Assembly: GCF_000002075.1 (NCBI RefSeq)
Contig: NW_004797607.1
Span: 274,289-338,288 of the forward strand
Direction of reading: 5' to 3'
Source: Aplysia californica
Lineage: Eukaryota
DNA: 64,000 nucleotides
The first letter of the stretch is position 1. Each line of letters opens with the position of its first letter. A model generated the notes under the pieces. That model was not told where the DNA came from. It did no database searches and saw only the letters and a list, made by a program, of their open reading frames with translations. The translations under genes were made by a program, and so were the position numbers. Shown one piece after another: positions 50,201 to 57,585 of this stretch.

Positions 50201-53200
50201 CTTTGCATTTTGCATTTGTATTTTTTATTAATTCTGGAATGTGTCACCATGTCCATGTGTGAAAGTATATAAGTAAGTACGTGTAATTTTGACTCACAGT
50301 CTCCCCACAACTCCTTTCCTTTTCACCTCTACTGAAATTACCCATGGTTCTGTTTGTATTTTTGCCACTTCATAATGAAGGTAAAAATTATCTTTCTATA
50401 AAACTCTTGGTTAAAAGAGAAATGTAAATCCCTGAATATTTTGGGATGAAAATGTCTGTTCATCTGACAGTGCATTACATGTACTATGATTTGCTTATCA
50501 TGGCTTTCAATTTTAATACCAAAATGTTGGTTTCTTTTCTTTATTTTTTTGTGCTTCACGCTGTTTTCAGGTTTTTATTATGTTCCCTTGTCTTGTATTT
50601 TCTTAGATGTTTTATTACGTGTACACTTATTTTTATTGTCCCAGCAAAAGACCTGTGATATATCATTGTTTCAAAAGATGTCCGATTTGTCACTAACCGG
50701 CATGGAACCTTGCGGATTTCATCACTCACAACTTTATGTCTTGATGTTGTCCCTGGACTTACAGATGCTTTATTTGTTCTCTTGAGCTTTCCCAGTTATG
50801 AACATTGCTGTTCACCGTATATTTGTTGTTCTTTGGAAAAGGGTTTTAGGAATTGTTAAAAGTTTTGTCACAGGTTGCCACATCACAATTTTTTTTCTTC
50901 GTATAACGTGTAGGTTCATGTTAAGCAATCTAAAAAATTCGCTCCGTTCATTATTTTGTATGAATAATAGTGCAGAGGTTTATTCGTAATTTATTTGATT
51001 TTTCAGGGTTTCTTTCTTATGTTGGGTTGAGATTTTACTCTCTCTTTTTTGAAGGGATCAGTTTTGTTATGTTGAGAAAGCAGTATGAATGGAAGGAGAA
51101 GGTTGAGAGTGTAAGAAAAAATATTCTCATGTTTCTGAAATGTTCTGCTTTGCTTTGTAATCATAATAGATCTCTAGTGAATTACTTTTTTTTTTTCAAA
51201 ATCTAATTTAGTAGATCTTGTGGTTTTGAAATGGTTCAACATTCTGACCTTCTCTTCTCTCCCAACAGCCAAAGGTCGGACAAATGTGGAGCTTCGTGAG
51301 AACTTTGTTCTGGCACAGGGTGTGAGTCAGTCCATGGCAGGTTTTGTGTCCAAGTCTCCTGCTGGCAGTTCCAGTGGCTCGTCCTACTCAGGCCGGTCAA
51401 ACAGCACAGCTAGCGGACCTGTATCTAAGGTTAGACTGATCCTACTGGCTACTCATCACCTCAGTTGAATAATATTCTGTTTCAGCTTTTCACAAAACTT
51501 GACCTGCTGCTATATACTGTGCTTCTGGAATAACATTTTCTCGATATTCCCTACTTTTCAAGTTTGAAAGTCAACTATGACAAATTCCTTGAACTGATTA
51601 ATCTTATTGTTCTGTATCCTCTCAAAGTGCGACCAGTATATCAAATTTTAATTAAAAAGTTGGAATTATTTTGGGAAAAGAACACTTTTGTACAGGAGGG
51701 ATGAATTGTAAATAATTTTGAAAAAGATAAACAAAAAGGGTTGAGGATTGGACTTTCATGTTCTTAAAAATTTTCTTTTTTCATCTTACAAATTCAAAAT
51801 GTAGGCCTACTTATGAATAGTAAGTGGCTCTGTTTCCATTGTCCTTTCAAGATAGTGTGCATCATGATCTTATACTTATAGTGCTGGGATGTCAAACAAA
51901 AGTATGGCATGCTGCAGAAAAATAGTTAGTTGTCCCATATTTCAAGACCATAAGGAATGATAATGCCCCAAGTCCCATCCCTAATCATTTGAATCTTTCA
52001 GAATTGTATCCATGTTCTGTGTCTTAGTTTGTTTTGGACAATTTATACTCTTTTTTGTCATGATATGGCTCATAGGTGAGAGAAAAGAGCATCGGCCAGT
52101 CACCATGGAAACAGCGGACAAAGACGTCAGTTGACGGGGAGGTGCATCAGATCATGTCTCACACAGAACCAGATGGAACCAGACTCATGAGGCACAAGGT
52201 CACTCGAGATCTTCATAGTCCTCGCAGCCTGCAAAGCCCAGGTCAGTCGTACAAAAGATCTTTGACCACCTTGATACAATCACATTTGTATACCCTTTAC
52301 ACAAGGCTTAAGCTGCGGGTGGTTGGCAGGTGCTCTAGTGTGGTTTGCTCCTTTTTTCCTATCAAACATCTGTTATCCTGATCTCTCCTCCTTCTGTTTT
52401 TGTGTTGTAACACCTCTAATCTTGGGCTTTTATATGACCTTATTGTGTTGCAAGTGCTGTAAAACTTTCTAAAACTAAATCTAAAAACAATGCTAACCCA
52501 CATGTATATTTTCCTGAGTCCCTGTTCGCCAGGCCTATTCAGTTCTCTCACAAGGCACCAGCCACCTCAACCCAGTCATGTATTTTTACTGTAATCTAGC
52601 CAATTGTCTCTGAAAAATATTTTAGGGACCCAATATTTTAACGTGTTGTCTGGGGCTCTGGTGATCTAGAGTTTAAGGTGTATGCCTCTCATTCAATAGG
52701 TCCTGGGTTCAAATCCGGATAAGGACTGAAAAATGTTCTGCTCTAAAATGTTCTCCTTTCACATCCTTTCCTGCTCTCTGACAATGTCTTTTCATCTGCC
52801 TCCGTCTCCACTTTTTGCCCCTACCCCCTCCTCTGGGCACCTGACTCTTTTTACAGCCTTTCTACTGCTACTCCTTGGCTCCTTCTTACTACTGTCTTTC
52901 AGCCACACCCCTGATCTCATGGTAGGTAAGATCTACACCTAGCCTTCTCGGATAAGGGCAAAAAATCTCACGGGTCCCGTATGCAAGTTGCGCACTTTAA
53001 AGATCCTTTGGTGGTCTAAAATCGATAAGAGTAGACTTCAGCCACCAGGCGGGCAAAATCCAAAATTTCCTACCAACTAAAAGTGTTCACTTTGTCCCAC
53101 ACGCTCATATGTACTTTTGCAGTTGCGAGCGCCGTAAAACACTTGCCAACAAAATGTTGTCTTCTAAAACTTCAGTGTAGAGCTGTATAGAATTATTTTG

Positions 53201-54163
53201 TTTTATGTCTGAAAAAAGTTACAGACCCAATAAGTGTCTCCAGTCTTACCTGGGCCAATGGGAAATGGGGGCTGAAAAAATAGTCTGGTGTTGTTAGTTA
53301 TAGGTACACTGCAACCCCAAAGAGCACACTACTCTTTACAACATGATTGGAATCTGAATTATGGTACCAAAAATTTATTTTTTTCCAGGTTGGGGGGACG
53401 AGATAGAATTCTATATTTTAGAGGAGAATCCTTTTTGTTTTTGAGTATAATTCTCTTTAGTCCTTTATCTATCCAGTCCAAGAAGGCAGTAATAAGTACA
53501 ACTGTCTGAATGTAATCAGTAAGATGTGAAGTCAACACAGAGAATTCTTGGTTTGTTTTTCTCACTAGAGCTTCCAGCTTGCTTTATTATAGGCCTCCTT
53601 GACTGACATAAATCAGATAAAAATTGAGAAGGTGGTGTGAGAGCTATTTCTGTCTATAGTGTATGGTGAACTGCAAGCAAATTGTCTTTTTCATTTAAAG
53701 ATATGAGGAATCAAGCTGTGATTTTGAGCTTTTTCATTCTGTTCTTATTCCAAATCTAGCAAGTCAGATGTTGAAAAAGCTGAGCAATGGACCTGTCATT
53801 TTAACCCATTCTTTTCTGCCGCGTTCCCATATGTTTTAATTCACCGGTATGAAGGAATCAATCAATAATTTCAGCCCACTTTTTGTTCTCTCCCCTTTCC
53901 CCACCCCAGTGAGTCGCAGCTCAAGTAGAGCCAGCACAACGGGCAATGGTAGCCGTCCGCAGAGCAGAGCAGGCAGTGAGGCGTCCGATGACCCTGAGGT
54001 CTTCACCACCATGCAGACCGAGCGGAGAAGCGTCGGCGGTCGCAACGACACGACAGTCACGTACCAGACGCATCGCCTACAGACCAAGAACGTAACTTTA
54101 CCCACGGTGACCACCACCAAGATCTCCAGGATTCCCAAGATTTCTCCTACAAAGAAGAAGTAG
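3678..54163 (+). CDS. MACF1: Spectraplakin (MACF1/dystonin/Shot family), 5'-partial multi-exon gene: spectrin-repeat rod, 2 EF hands, GAR domain, Ser/Arg-rich tail
   Basis: 53 GT-AG exons chain in consistent phase to TAG at 54161-54163. Diagnostic motifs: [109 protein letters not shown]. The symbol denotes the family; an invertebrate gene would be co-orthologous to MACF1/DST (shot). Confidence 0.95.
4160..4206. repeat. (GA)n microsatellite
   Basis: Direct reading. Confidence 0.95.
4494..4623 (+). CDS. MACF1: Spectraplakin exon 2
   Basis: tttcag|GAG..CTCG|gtacat; [19 protein letters not shown]. Confidence 0.9.
5210..5409 (+). CDS. MACF1: Spectraplakin exon 3
   Basis: cacag|AT..AAG|gtgagt; [20 protein letters not shown]. 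Confidence 0.9.
5801..5957 (+). CDS. MACF1: Spectraplakin exon 4
   Basis: tttcag|GTG..CAAG|gtaatg; [16 protein letters not shown]...KTWNKLQ. Confidence 0.9.
6380..6555 (+). CDS. MACF1: Spectraplakin exon 5
   Basis: catcag|GG..CAG|gtcagt; [30 protein letters not shown]. Confidence 0.9.
6869..6919. repeat. (CA)n microsatellite
   Basis: Direct reading. Confidence 0.95.
7268..7430 (+). CDS. MACF1: Spectraplakin exon 6
   Basis: ctgtag|GAT..TTGG|gtgaat; [23 protein letters not shown]. Confidence 0.9.
7962..8128 (+). CDS. MACF1: Spectraplakin exon 7
   Basis: ttctag|AA..AAG|gtgagc; [27 protein letters not shown]. Confidence 0.9.
8689..8847 (+). CDS. MACF1: Spectraplakin exon 8
   Basis: cttcag|AAT..ACT|gtgagt; [20 protein letters not shown]. 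Confidence 0.9.
9288..9458 (+). CDS. MACF1: Spectraplakin exon 9
   Basis: ccacag|GTG..CAG|gtaaga; [10 protein letters not shown]...[12 protein letters not shown]. Confidence 0.9.
9540..9690 (-). mobile_element. Old tRNA-derived SINE fragment
   Basis: Minus strand TGTGGTGTAGTCATTAAGCAC...GAGTTTGATTCC; CTTCGACCCTGCCTGTCA shared with 60462-60480 and, inverted, about 32235-32255. Confidence 0.55.
10276..10426 (+). CDS. MACF1: Spectraplakin exon 10
   Basis: cccag|GCT..TCAG|gtcagg; [19 protein letters not shown]...INRRWDNIS. Confidence 0.9.
11264..11433 (+). CDS. MACF1: Spectraplakin exon 11
   Basis: ctccag|GT..AAA|gtaaga; [15 protein letters not shown]. Confidence 0.9.
11745..11920 (+). mobile_element. 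Retroposon family A copy (diverged)
   Basis: TTGGCAGGTGTTCTGATATGGCTTGCTCC...GCAAGTCCTGTAAAACTC...CTAAAAC. Confidence 0.65.
12085..12294 (+). CDS. MACF1: Spectraplakin exon 12
   Basis: cccag|GCT..CAG|gtatgg; [17 protein letters not shown]. Confidence 0.9.
12816..12929 (+). CDS. MACF1: Spectraplakin exon 13
   Basis: ccccag|GAC..AAG|gtgagg; [26 protein letters not shown] (missed by ORF track). Confidence 0.9.
13397..13510 (+). CDS. MACF1: Spectraplakin exon 14
   Basis: ctccag|AAC..CAG|gttagt; [13 protein letters not shown]. Confidence 0.9.
13583..13875 (+). mobile_element. CORE-like tRNA SINE with L2/CR1-type tail
   Basis: Degenerate tRNA head, TTGTGTTCTTGAGAAAGGCACTT core, tail AGCGCATAGAG...; related tails at 25520-25700, 35990-36095 and 10620-10690. 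Confidence 0.55.
14212..14424 (+). CDS. MACF1: Spectraplakin exon 15
   Basis: ctgtag|GTC..AAG|gtgaag; [19 protein letters not shown]...KEQQEELK. Confidence 0.9.
14938..15099 (+). CDS. MACF1: Spectraplakin exon 16
   Basis: ttccag|AAG..AAG|gtaatg (NAGNAG acceptor); [18 protein letters not shown]. Confidence 0.9.
15562..15732 (+). CDS. MACF1: Spectraplakin exon 17
   Basis: ttacag|GTG..AAG|gtgaga; [29 protein letters not shown]...[10 protein letters not shown]. Confidence 0.92.
16264..16590 (+). CDS. MACF1: Spectraplakin exon 18 (327 nt, one repeat period)
   Basis: ccccag|CTT..AAG|gtcagt; [13 protein letters not shown]. Confidence 0.92.
16966..17050 (+). CDS. MACF1: Spectraplakin exon 19
   Basis: ctgtag|CAT..AAAG|gtaaaa; [23 protein letters not shown]. 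Confidence 0.88.
17476..17699 (+). CDS. MACF1: Spectraplakin exon 20
   Basis: cttcag|GT..CAG|gtaact; [17 protein letters not shown]...[11 protein letters not shown]. Confidence 0.9.
17820..18170. repeat. CT-rich compound microsatellite with internal duplication
   Basis: (CT)n/(CTGT)n; block GACTCTCTCTAATTCTGTCTCTCCCTCTTTCTGTCTTTGACTCTC occurs twice. Confidence 0.85.
18281..18487 (+). CDS. MACF1: Spectraplakin exon 21
   Basis: ctacag|AAC..GAG|gtgagt; [20 protein letters not shown]. Confidence 0.9.
18901..19020 (+). CDS. MACF1: Spectraplakin exon 22
   Basis: ccacag|TGT..AAA|gtgagt; [15 protein letters not shown]. Confidence 0.9.
19761..19963 (+). CDS. MACF1: Spectraplakin exon 23
   Basis: tcatag|GCC..CAA|gtgagt; [17 protein letters not shown]...LEQALPLA. 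Confidence 0.9.
20586..20765 (+). mobile_element. Retroposon family A copy ending next to the exon 24 acceptor
   Basis: Same head and tail as 52318-52490. Confidence 0.75.
20784..20907 (+). CDS. MACF1: Spectraplakin exon 24
   Basis: ttgcag|G..AAG|gtgagg; [17 protein letters not shown]. Confidence 0.9.
21185..21391 (+). CDS. MACF1: Spectraplakin exon 25
   Basis: ccacag|GCC..GAG|gtgagt; [20 protein letters not shown]. Confidence 0.92.
21870..21989 (+). CDS. MACF1: Spectraplakin exon 26
   Basis: ttacag|TTT..AAG|gtgagg; [12 protein letters not shown]...[17 protein letters not shown]. Confidence 0.92.
22328..22436 (+). CDS. MACF1: Spectraplakin exon 27
   Basis: ttacag|GCT..AGAG|gttggt; [24 protein letters not shown]. 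Confidence 0.88.
23360..23586 (+). CDS. MACF1: Spectraplakin exon 28
   Basis: gtccag|AC..GAG|gtcagt; [15 protein letters not shown]...EKFWEDL. Confidence 0.92.
24145..24300 (+). CDS. MACF1: Spectraplakin exon 29
   Basis: ttctag|GCC..AAG|gtttgt; [16 protein letters not shown]...[13 protein letters not shown]. Confidence 0.9.
24380..24568 (+). mobile_element. Retroposon family A copy
   Basis: Same head and tail as 52318-52490. Confidence 0.75.
24646..24965. repeat. 33-bp minisatellite, 9 copies, ending in the exon 30 acceptor
   Basis: TTGTCAAAGCAAACTG(C/A)CTTTGCTGTTGCTGTC; copies 7 and 8 carry an extra TTGCTGTC; array ends TTGTCAG. Confidence 0.95.
24966..25136 (+). CDS. MACF1: Spectraplakin exon 30
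   Basis: tgtcag|GTG..AAG|gtgggt; [29 protein letters not shown]. Confidence 0.9.
25762..25932 (+). CDS. MACF1: Spectraplakin exon 31
   Basis: tctcag|GTG..CAG|gtatgc; [23 protein letters not shown]. Confidence 0.92.
26235..26621 (+). mobile_element. Retroposon family B (non-tRNA head, shared hairpin tail)
   Basis: GACTGAAGTGTCTTTAGGCCAT...GATAGTCGAAGCAG...GGCGCTCATATG...(CTAAAA)n; colinear with 57205-57585 and 58686-59043. Confidence 0.85.
26646..26801 (+). CDS. MACF1: Spectraplakin exon 32
   Basis: ttccag|CGA..AGG|gtaagt; [13 protein letters not shown]...[14 protein letters not shown]. Confidence 0.92.
26808..26943. repeat. 4 exact tandem copies of a 34-bp unit (left TIR)
   Basis: CAAAGATAGTACAAGACAAGATGGGCCACTCAGC at 26808, 26842, 26876, 26910. 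Confidence 0.95.
26808..27406. mobile_element. Non-autonomous TIR DNA transposon (P-element-like MITE) with 4x amplified left end
   Basis: 30-bp TIR CAAAGATAGTACAAGACAAGATGGGCCACT / AGTGGCCCATCTTGTCTTGTACTATCTTTG; flanking direct repeat GGTAAGT (7 bp; 9 bp GGGTAAGTC if the terminal C/G are counted as target). Confidence 0.85.
27840..28024. mobile_element. Old Tc1/mariner(pogo)-type MITE copy
   Basis: CAGTTGAAATTGTCT...TTTGTACAGGTGATTATCTTGT...CACTG|TA; colinear with 32845-33028. Confidence 0.6.
28075..28272 (+). CDS. MACF1: Spectraplakin exon 33
   Basis: cctcag|ATT..GAG|gtgaag; [16 protein letters not shown]. Confidence 0.9.
28625..28753 (+). CDS. MACF1: Spectraplakin exon 34
   Basis: ccatag|GCC..ATG|gtaact; [15 protein letters not shown]. 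Confidence 0.92.
29092..29372 (+). mobile_element. Degenerate tRNA-derived SINE (related central domain)
   Basis: GTAGCTCAAC...GGGATTCGATCCCC head; AAGAGTAGGCCC...GGGCGAAATTTAAAAT body. Confidence 0.55.
29579..29749 (+). CDS. MACF1: Spectraplakin exon 35
   Basis: cctcag|GAG..AAG|gtcaga; [16 protein letters not shown]. Confidence 0.9.
30250..30405 (+). CDS. MACF1: Spectraplakin exon 36
   Basis: ttacag|AAA..AGA|gtaagt; [24 protein letters not shown]. Confidence 0.92.
30927..31133 (+). CDS. MACF1: Spectraplakin exon 37
   Basis: aaacag|GGA..CAG|gtgtgt; [24 protein letters not shown]. Confidence 0.93.
31545..31664 (+). CDS. MACF1: Spectraplakin exon 38
   Basis: ttccag|TTC..AAA|gtgagt; [12 protein letters not shown]...[11 protein letters not shown]. 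Confidence 0.92.
32365..32531 (+). CDS. MACF1: Spectraplakin exon 39
   Basis: ctcaag|GAG..GACAG|gtaggc (AAG acceptor); [14 protein letters not shown]...[11 protein letters not shown]. Confidence 0.88.
32845..33028. mobile_element. Old Tc1/mariner(pogo)-type MITE
   Basis: TA|CAGTTGAA...TTTGACTG|TA; related copies at 27840-28024, inverted at about 4733-4912, fragment near 7085-7147. Confidence 0.6.
33189..33348 (+). CDS. MACF1: Spectraplakin exon 40
   Basis: cctcag|G..AAG|gtgagg; [25 protein letters not shown]...PVHGDL. Confidence 0.93.
33705..33899 (+). CDS. MACF1: Spectraplakin exon 41
   Basis: aaccag|GGA..CTG|gtgagt; [16 protein letters not shown]...[12 protein letters not shown]. Confidence 0.92.
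34600..34728 (+). CDS. MACF1: Spectraplakin exon 42
   Basis: ttgcag|GCT..AAG|gtttgt; [24 protein letters not shown]. Confidence 0.92.
35475..35618 (+). CDS. MACF1: Spectraplakin exon 43
   Basis: gtgcag|AAA..GAG|gtagga; [22 protein letters not shown]. Confidence 0.92.
36158..36346 (+). CDS. MACF1: Spectraplakin exon 44
   Basis: tgacag|CTG..CAG|gtgagt; [25 protein letters not shown]. Confidence 0.92.
37007..37161 (+). CDS. MACF1: Spectraplakin exon 45 (last repeat, loop with SxIP motifs)
   Basis: ttctag|GGC..CCG|gtaagt; [51 protein letters not shown] (missed by ORF track). Confidence 0.9.
37474..37780 (+). CDS. MACF1: Spectraplakin exon 46 (GRRTP array + end of last repeat)
   Basis: ctccag|A..GAG|gtaagt; phase 2-0; ...[34 protein letters not shown]. 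Confidence 0.9.
38232..38252 (+). CDS. Candidate 21-nt alternative microexon (IEQRKAK)
   Basis: ctcctttttcacag|ATAGAGCAACGTAAAGCTAAG|gtttgt; phase 0-0 matches flanking exons; no stop. Confidence 0.55.
40290..40452 (+). CDS. MACF1: Spectraplakin exon 47 (EF hand 1)
   Basis: gtacag|TTG..TCCA|gtaagt; EF loop [12 protein letters not shown]. Confidence 0.95.
41287..41399 (+). CDS. MACF1: Spectraplakin exon 48 (EF hand 2)
   Basis: gagcag|AA..GAT|gtaagt; [34 protein letters not shown]. Confidence 0.95.
41829..41942 (+). CDS. MACF1: Spectraplakin exon 49 (GAR domain N-half)
   Basis: tctcag|GTG..AGA|gtgagt; [31 protein letters not shown]. Confidence 0.95.
42379..42496 (+). CDS. MACF1: Spectraplakin exon 50 (GAR domain C-half)
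   Basis: cttcag|TTC..AGAG|gtaaat; [39 protein letters not shown]. Confidence 0.96.
43274..43291 (+). CDS. Candidate 18-nt alternative microexon (EFVEIA)
   Basis: ctctcag|AGTTTGTTGAGATTGCTG|gtaaaa; phase 1-1. Confidence 0.45.
44652..44675 (+). CDS. Candidate 24-nt alternative microexon (EFRKLSPY)
   Basis: ttttgcatttgaaaccattcag|AATTTCGAAAACTGTCACCCTACC|gtaagt; phase 1-1; consensus donor. Confidence 0.6.
45554..45568 (+). CDS. Candidate 15-nt alternative microexon (xQIMS)
   Basis: catattcag|TTCAAATTATGTCCA|gtaacg; phase 1-1; weaker sites. Confidence 0.3.
48360..48428 (+). CDS. Candidate 69-nt basic cassette exon ([23 protein letters not shown])
   Basis: ttgttttctctctgaaaag|TT..GAAT|gtaggt; phase 1-1; open; GC-richer than flanks. 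Confidence 0.55.
49798..49844 (+). mobile_element. Tail-only (5'-truncated) retroposon insertion with 10-bp TSD
   Basis: ACCTTATGCAGTTGCAAGCGCCGTAAAACCTCTACTAAAACTAA flanked by AATCACAAAT (49788-49797, 49845-49854). Confidence 0.85.
51269..51429 (+). CDS. MACF1: Spectraplakin exon 51
   Basis: caacag|CC..AAG|gttaga; [26 protein letters not shown]. Confidence 0.93.
52076..52241 (+). CDS. MACF1: Spectraplakin exon 52 (tail)
   Basis: tcatag|GTG..CCAG|gtcagt; [11 protein letters not shown]...SPRSLQSP; phase 0-1. Confidence 0.85.
52318..52490 (+). mobile_element. Retroposon family A copy
   Basis: GGTGGTTGGCAGGTGCTCTAGTGTGGTTTGCTCC...TATGACCTTATTGTGTTGCAAGTGCTGTAAAAC. Confidence 0.8.
52652..53170 (+). 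mobile_element. Same tRNA-derived SINE family, diverged full-length copy
   Basis: GGGGCTCTGGTGATCTAGAG...GGTTCAAATCC head; colinear with the reverse complement of 61123-61620; tail GCAGTTGCGAGCGCCGTAAAAC. Confidence 0.85.
53910..54163 (+). CDS. MACF1: Spectraplakin terminal coding exon (SR-rich tail, SxIP, stop)
   Basis: ccccag|TG; SRSSSRAS...[13 protein letters not shown]...[16 protein letters not shown]. Confidence 0.9.
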
Positions 54164-57125
54164 TTTGAGTACATCACTGGGATCCGTGAAGTTTTGAAAT
54201 AAGTTTGTTTTTTCGCTCGAATTTTCATTGCTTCTCCAAAGTCTTTCATTGGTTGGCACGTGGGTAATTGTTTTGTGAATTTGATCATCAGTTGTAAATA
54301 TTGCATTTTATAAAGTTAAGCTAATCAGCTGTTTCATTTGACCAGAAGTAATGTGTATTTTCTTGACCCAACTGAGGGCAACTTGTCTTCAGCCGATGAA
54401 TATGACACAAAATACAGTAAAACATCAGTAGTACCTGCCCCTAAAGCTGAGGACACTTGGCTACAGTTGCCTGTGTCCCATGCCTCATAATCACTTCCTT
54501 TGAATACCTCTGCTAAGGTGTACCATGATTGCGACATATTTTCTGGTCCAAAGAGGTTATGCTGTTCTGAGGCAAAGGGGGGTACGTTTATTGATAATAA
54601 GAAGGTATGTTATACTGAGGTTTTACTGTGCTTGAGCTTGGAGATGTTCCAAGTTACAAAGGACCAACAGCTTTGCCTATTTGATATGCTTTTTGTAGAG
54701 CTTTTATTAACAGCTGGTCTCTGTCTCGTCTGTTCCTTTGCTCTTTCGCTTGTTAGTTTGTAGCCACAAGAAGAGATGTAGTTGCTGTCTTGATTATGAT
54801 GAATTTTTGGAAGCTGTTCTAATGCCTACTCCTTTCTGTTCTGTTTGAATTTGATGTTTTTGTTATTTTGTTAAGATTCTGTTAGATTGTGAATAATACC
54901 ATACACGGTTATGTGATCACAGGGCTTTAGGAGATGAGTGGTAGCATGAATGGTCTGTGAGGCTATAAAAGGGTTGGCATATGCCTTCTTGGCTGGCAAC
55001 ATATCAAGGTGTGCAAATGTCTTGACGTCGAGTTTGTACTGATAGAATTGTGAATTTTCCTTACCCAAATTTTAGATCACTTTACTTTTATAAAAACACG
55101 TATTGCAATCAAGATTCCTTTGTGTAGCATGTATTCGTCTTTTCCTCATTTGTCAATAAACACAACTGGTTATTTATCAACTGTTATTGTATTGTTCGAG
55201 TTAGATCAGAACTTCTTGAATTATATGTTTTTTCAGATTACTATTTGATGGCGTTGTTTGAATTTTCTTTCCTTTTTTTTCCCAGTATCTAATCTTTTGC
55301 ATTTTTCAAGTTCTGTGTTACCTTTCATTTTGTCTGAACTTATACACTGATTCCCTTCCATGATTGAAATATCTATCTATGTATGCTTCAGAGGTTTCCA
55401 GATCAGGCGGAAGCCGTTTTTCTGGATTGAATAAGAAAAAAATATTCCAAATTTTCTATTTTCATGTGTCTTCCCTGGCTTCATTATCGTTCCATGTGAA
55501 AGTGTAACTTGAGGACGGTCACTTTGGTTTGTTCCTCCTTTTCAATTATGCACGGTTCCAAATACTGGGATTATTTAATTTTTTTCTTTTTGGCATGTTA
55601 CTGTGCAAGAAGAGATTTAGTCTATGGCGTTATTAGAAAAGGTTTTTTGTCAAAAGATGTCATTTCTCTTTTGGGGGAAAGAGAACTTTGTCTTTTCCAT
55701 GAGACCTTTCTGTTAATGATGTAACTAAAGGAATGTTAAGATGTTTTTCCACAAGAATGGGTTCAGATATGAATGAGATTCCTCTCGATTTTCGTTTTAT
55801 TCCTCCCATTTCTCCATATAAAATACGAAGCTGGTGTGCGCATGCGTCTGTGTTGCTAAGATTCTACAACACTTTTCGTAGAGTTGTTTTTTAAATTTAG
55901 TGTTATGGTGCTCTTCTCGTGGTGTAGGGTTTAGTGTGTTGTCTTGTGGTGCGTGTTGTTTGAGCCCGGGACAGGTCCTGTCTCTGTGACTCTAGCGTGA
56001 ACTCTTTTTGTCTCCTTGTCTCCAGACCGCTCTATGCCAACTGAATGTCTCACTATCTGCCTCACTTGTACATATACAGAAAGACCAACAGAATTGTTTT
56101 ATTCCCTCTTCTTGTTTTCCTTGTCATTTGTTTTATTTTTCACTTTGAGGAGAATTTTTCCACATACTTTAGTAGGGAGTGGGGGGGCTGACAACACAGC
56201 ACAGAGGATGTGTGCTTCTAGGCTGGCTCCACTATGTTTGTTTTTCCTGCCTTGCCCAGAGGCATATGCTGAGGTATTTGAGAGTGTGTCCGAAGCTGCT
56301 CGTTCCAGGGCCCTTGGGACTGTTGTAAGTAACTTATGAAGAGTATTTGGCACCCATGTTTACTTTCTTCCTAAAGTACAAATTAGTTCAGTCCTGTTAT
56401 AAAATAAGTATGGTTCTAAATTTTGATTATAATTATGCACCCTGTCTAGGATTGTATTTGAAACTGCAGAGTGTGTGCATATATCTATGCACTGCAAAAA
56501 AAGCACATTGTAGGATGCTTTTCTTGATGAATATAATATTATATATATATATTTATATCTGTATTTTCATTAGGTCAACAATTTCCAATATTTAGTTTCT
56601 TGTTAAAAGAATCAGGTGGAATGCTTGATACTATCACTAAAATCATACTTCTTTGATGGCTGATGTGCTGTTCAAGGAGATAAATATTCTAACGAATTAT
56701 TGATGGTTTTAGATCAAATAGTTGCATAAATAGACTGTCTTCTGTTACTCTTTGGCATCCTCTCTAGACCAAGCCAATTTGTTTGACTTTATTTGGGCAA
56801 ACTACAAACTGACTTTTCTCTTCTGACCCTCAGACATTTAATCTTGCCTCAATATAATGAAGCATAATATACCGGGGGCTCTTTATTGCTATTCTCAGAT
56901 TTGTAGCTTTAATTAGAGAGGCAAGTGATGTCCTGAAATGTAGTGGAAAATGTTTTCGGTTTTTTGTATACCTTCTGAAGTATATAAAAATAATGTAATA
57001 AATGCTATGACATTTTTCTGTTGGTTCATTTATCAGTAGCAATTTAAAGCAATTTTTATATTACTTTGAGCTATCAGCAAAGCTACCTTAGGTGGTCGGA
57101 TGTAAACATTTGTACGTCAATAAAC
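54164..57125 (+). other. Probable long 3' UTR of the spectraplakin gene
   Basis: U-rich stretch after the stop without the SINE/MITE families seen elsewhere; AATAAA at 55155-55160, 56997-57002 and 57119-57124; repeats resume at about 57205. The true end is not determinable from sequence. Confidence 0.5.
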
Positions 57126-57204
57126 ATAACTACATGAATCTCATGCTACAAGTGTTGGGTGACTCTGTTCAATGTCTTATGTACTCTCTGTCTGAATGTA
57201 CAGC

Positions 57205-57585
57205 GACTGAAGTGTCTTTAGGCCATTCCCAAAGGGGGGGACATTTCTCATTCAAGCATAGTAGAACTGTAAATGGGCTGACTCATGTCACGCTCATAAC
57301 TGTGCCTGATCTACAACAGGGAACGGCTGCATTTTCTTTCCTGATCCTTACTATTGTCATTTTCCTCTACTTCTTTTGTATGTTTGTCACTCTCTTGAGA
57401 CCTGCTATTTTGGGGTGCCTTGATAGTCGAAGCAGACCTTGTGCTGTTGAAGCTAGAGAGGTGACCAGTCTAACTTAAGTCTGATTCCCTGTAAAGACTT
57501 CTCTGTTGACACCCACCCCTTGGCGCTCATATGACCTTATGCAGTTGCGAGCGCCGTAAAACCCTCTACTATAAAAAAAAAAAAA
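57205..57585 (+). mobile_element. Retroposon family B copy with TSD
   Basis: Direct repeat TGTACAGCGA at 57197-57206 and 57587-57596; A-rich end. Confidence 0.88.

Noticed and set aside
52533-52574. Possible extra tail exon ([14 protein letters not shown])
   Set aside because: The only frame-compatible donor (CCA|GTCATG) is poor; the better GT gives the wrong phase for the terminal exon.
54161-54205. Stop-codon readthrough extension
   Set aside because: TAG-T is not a leaky context, and another stop follows within about 14 codons.
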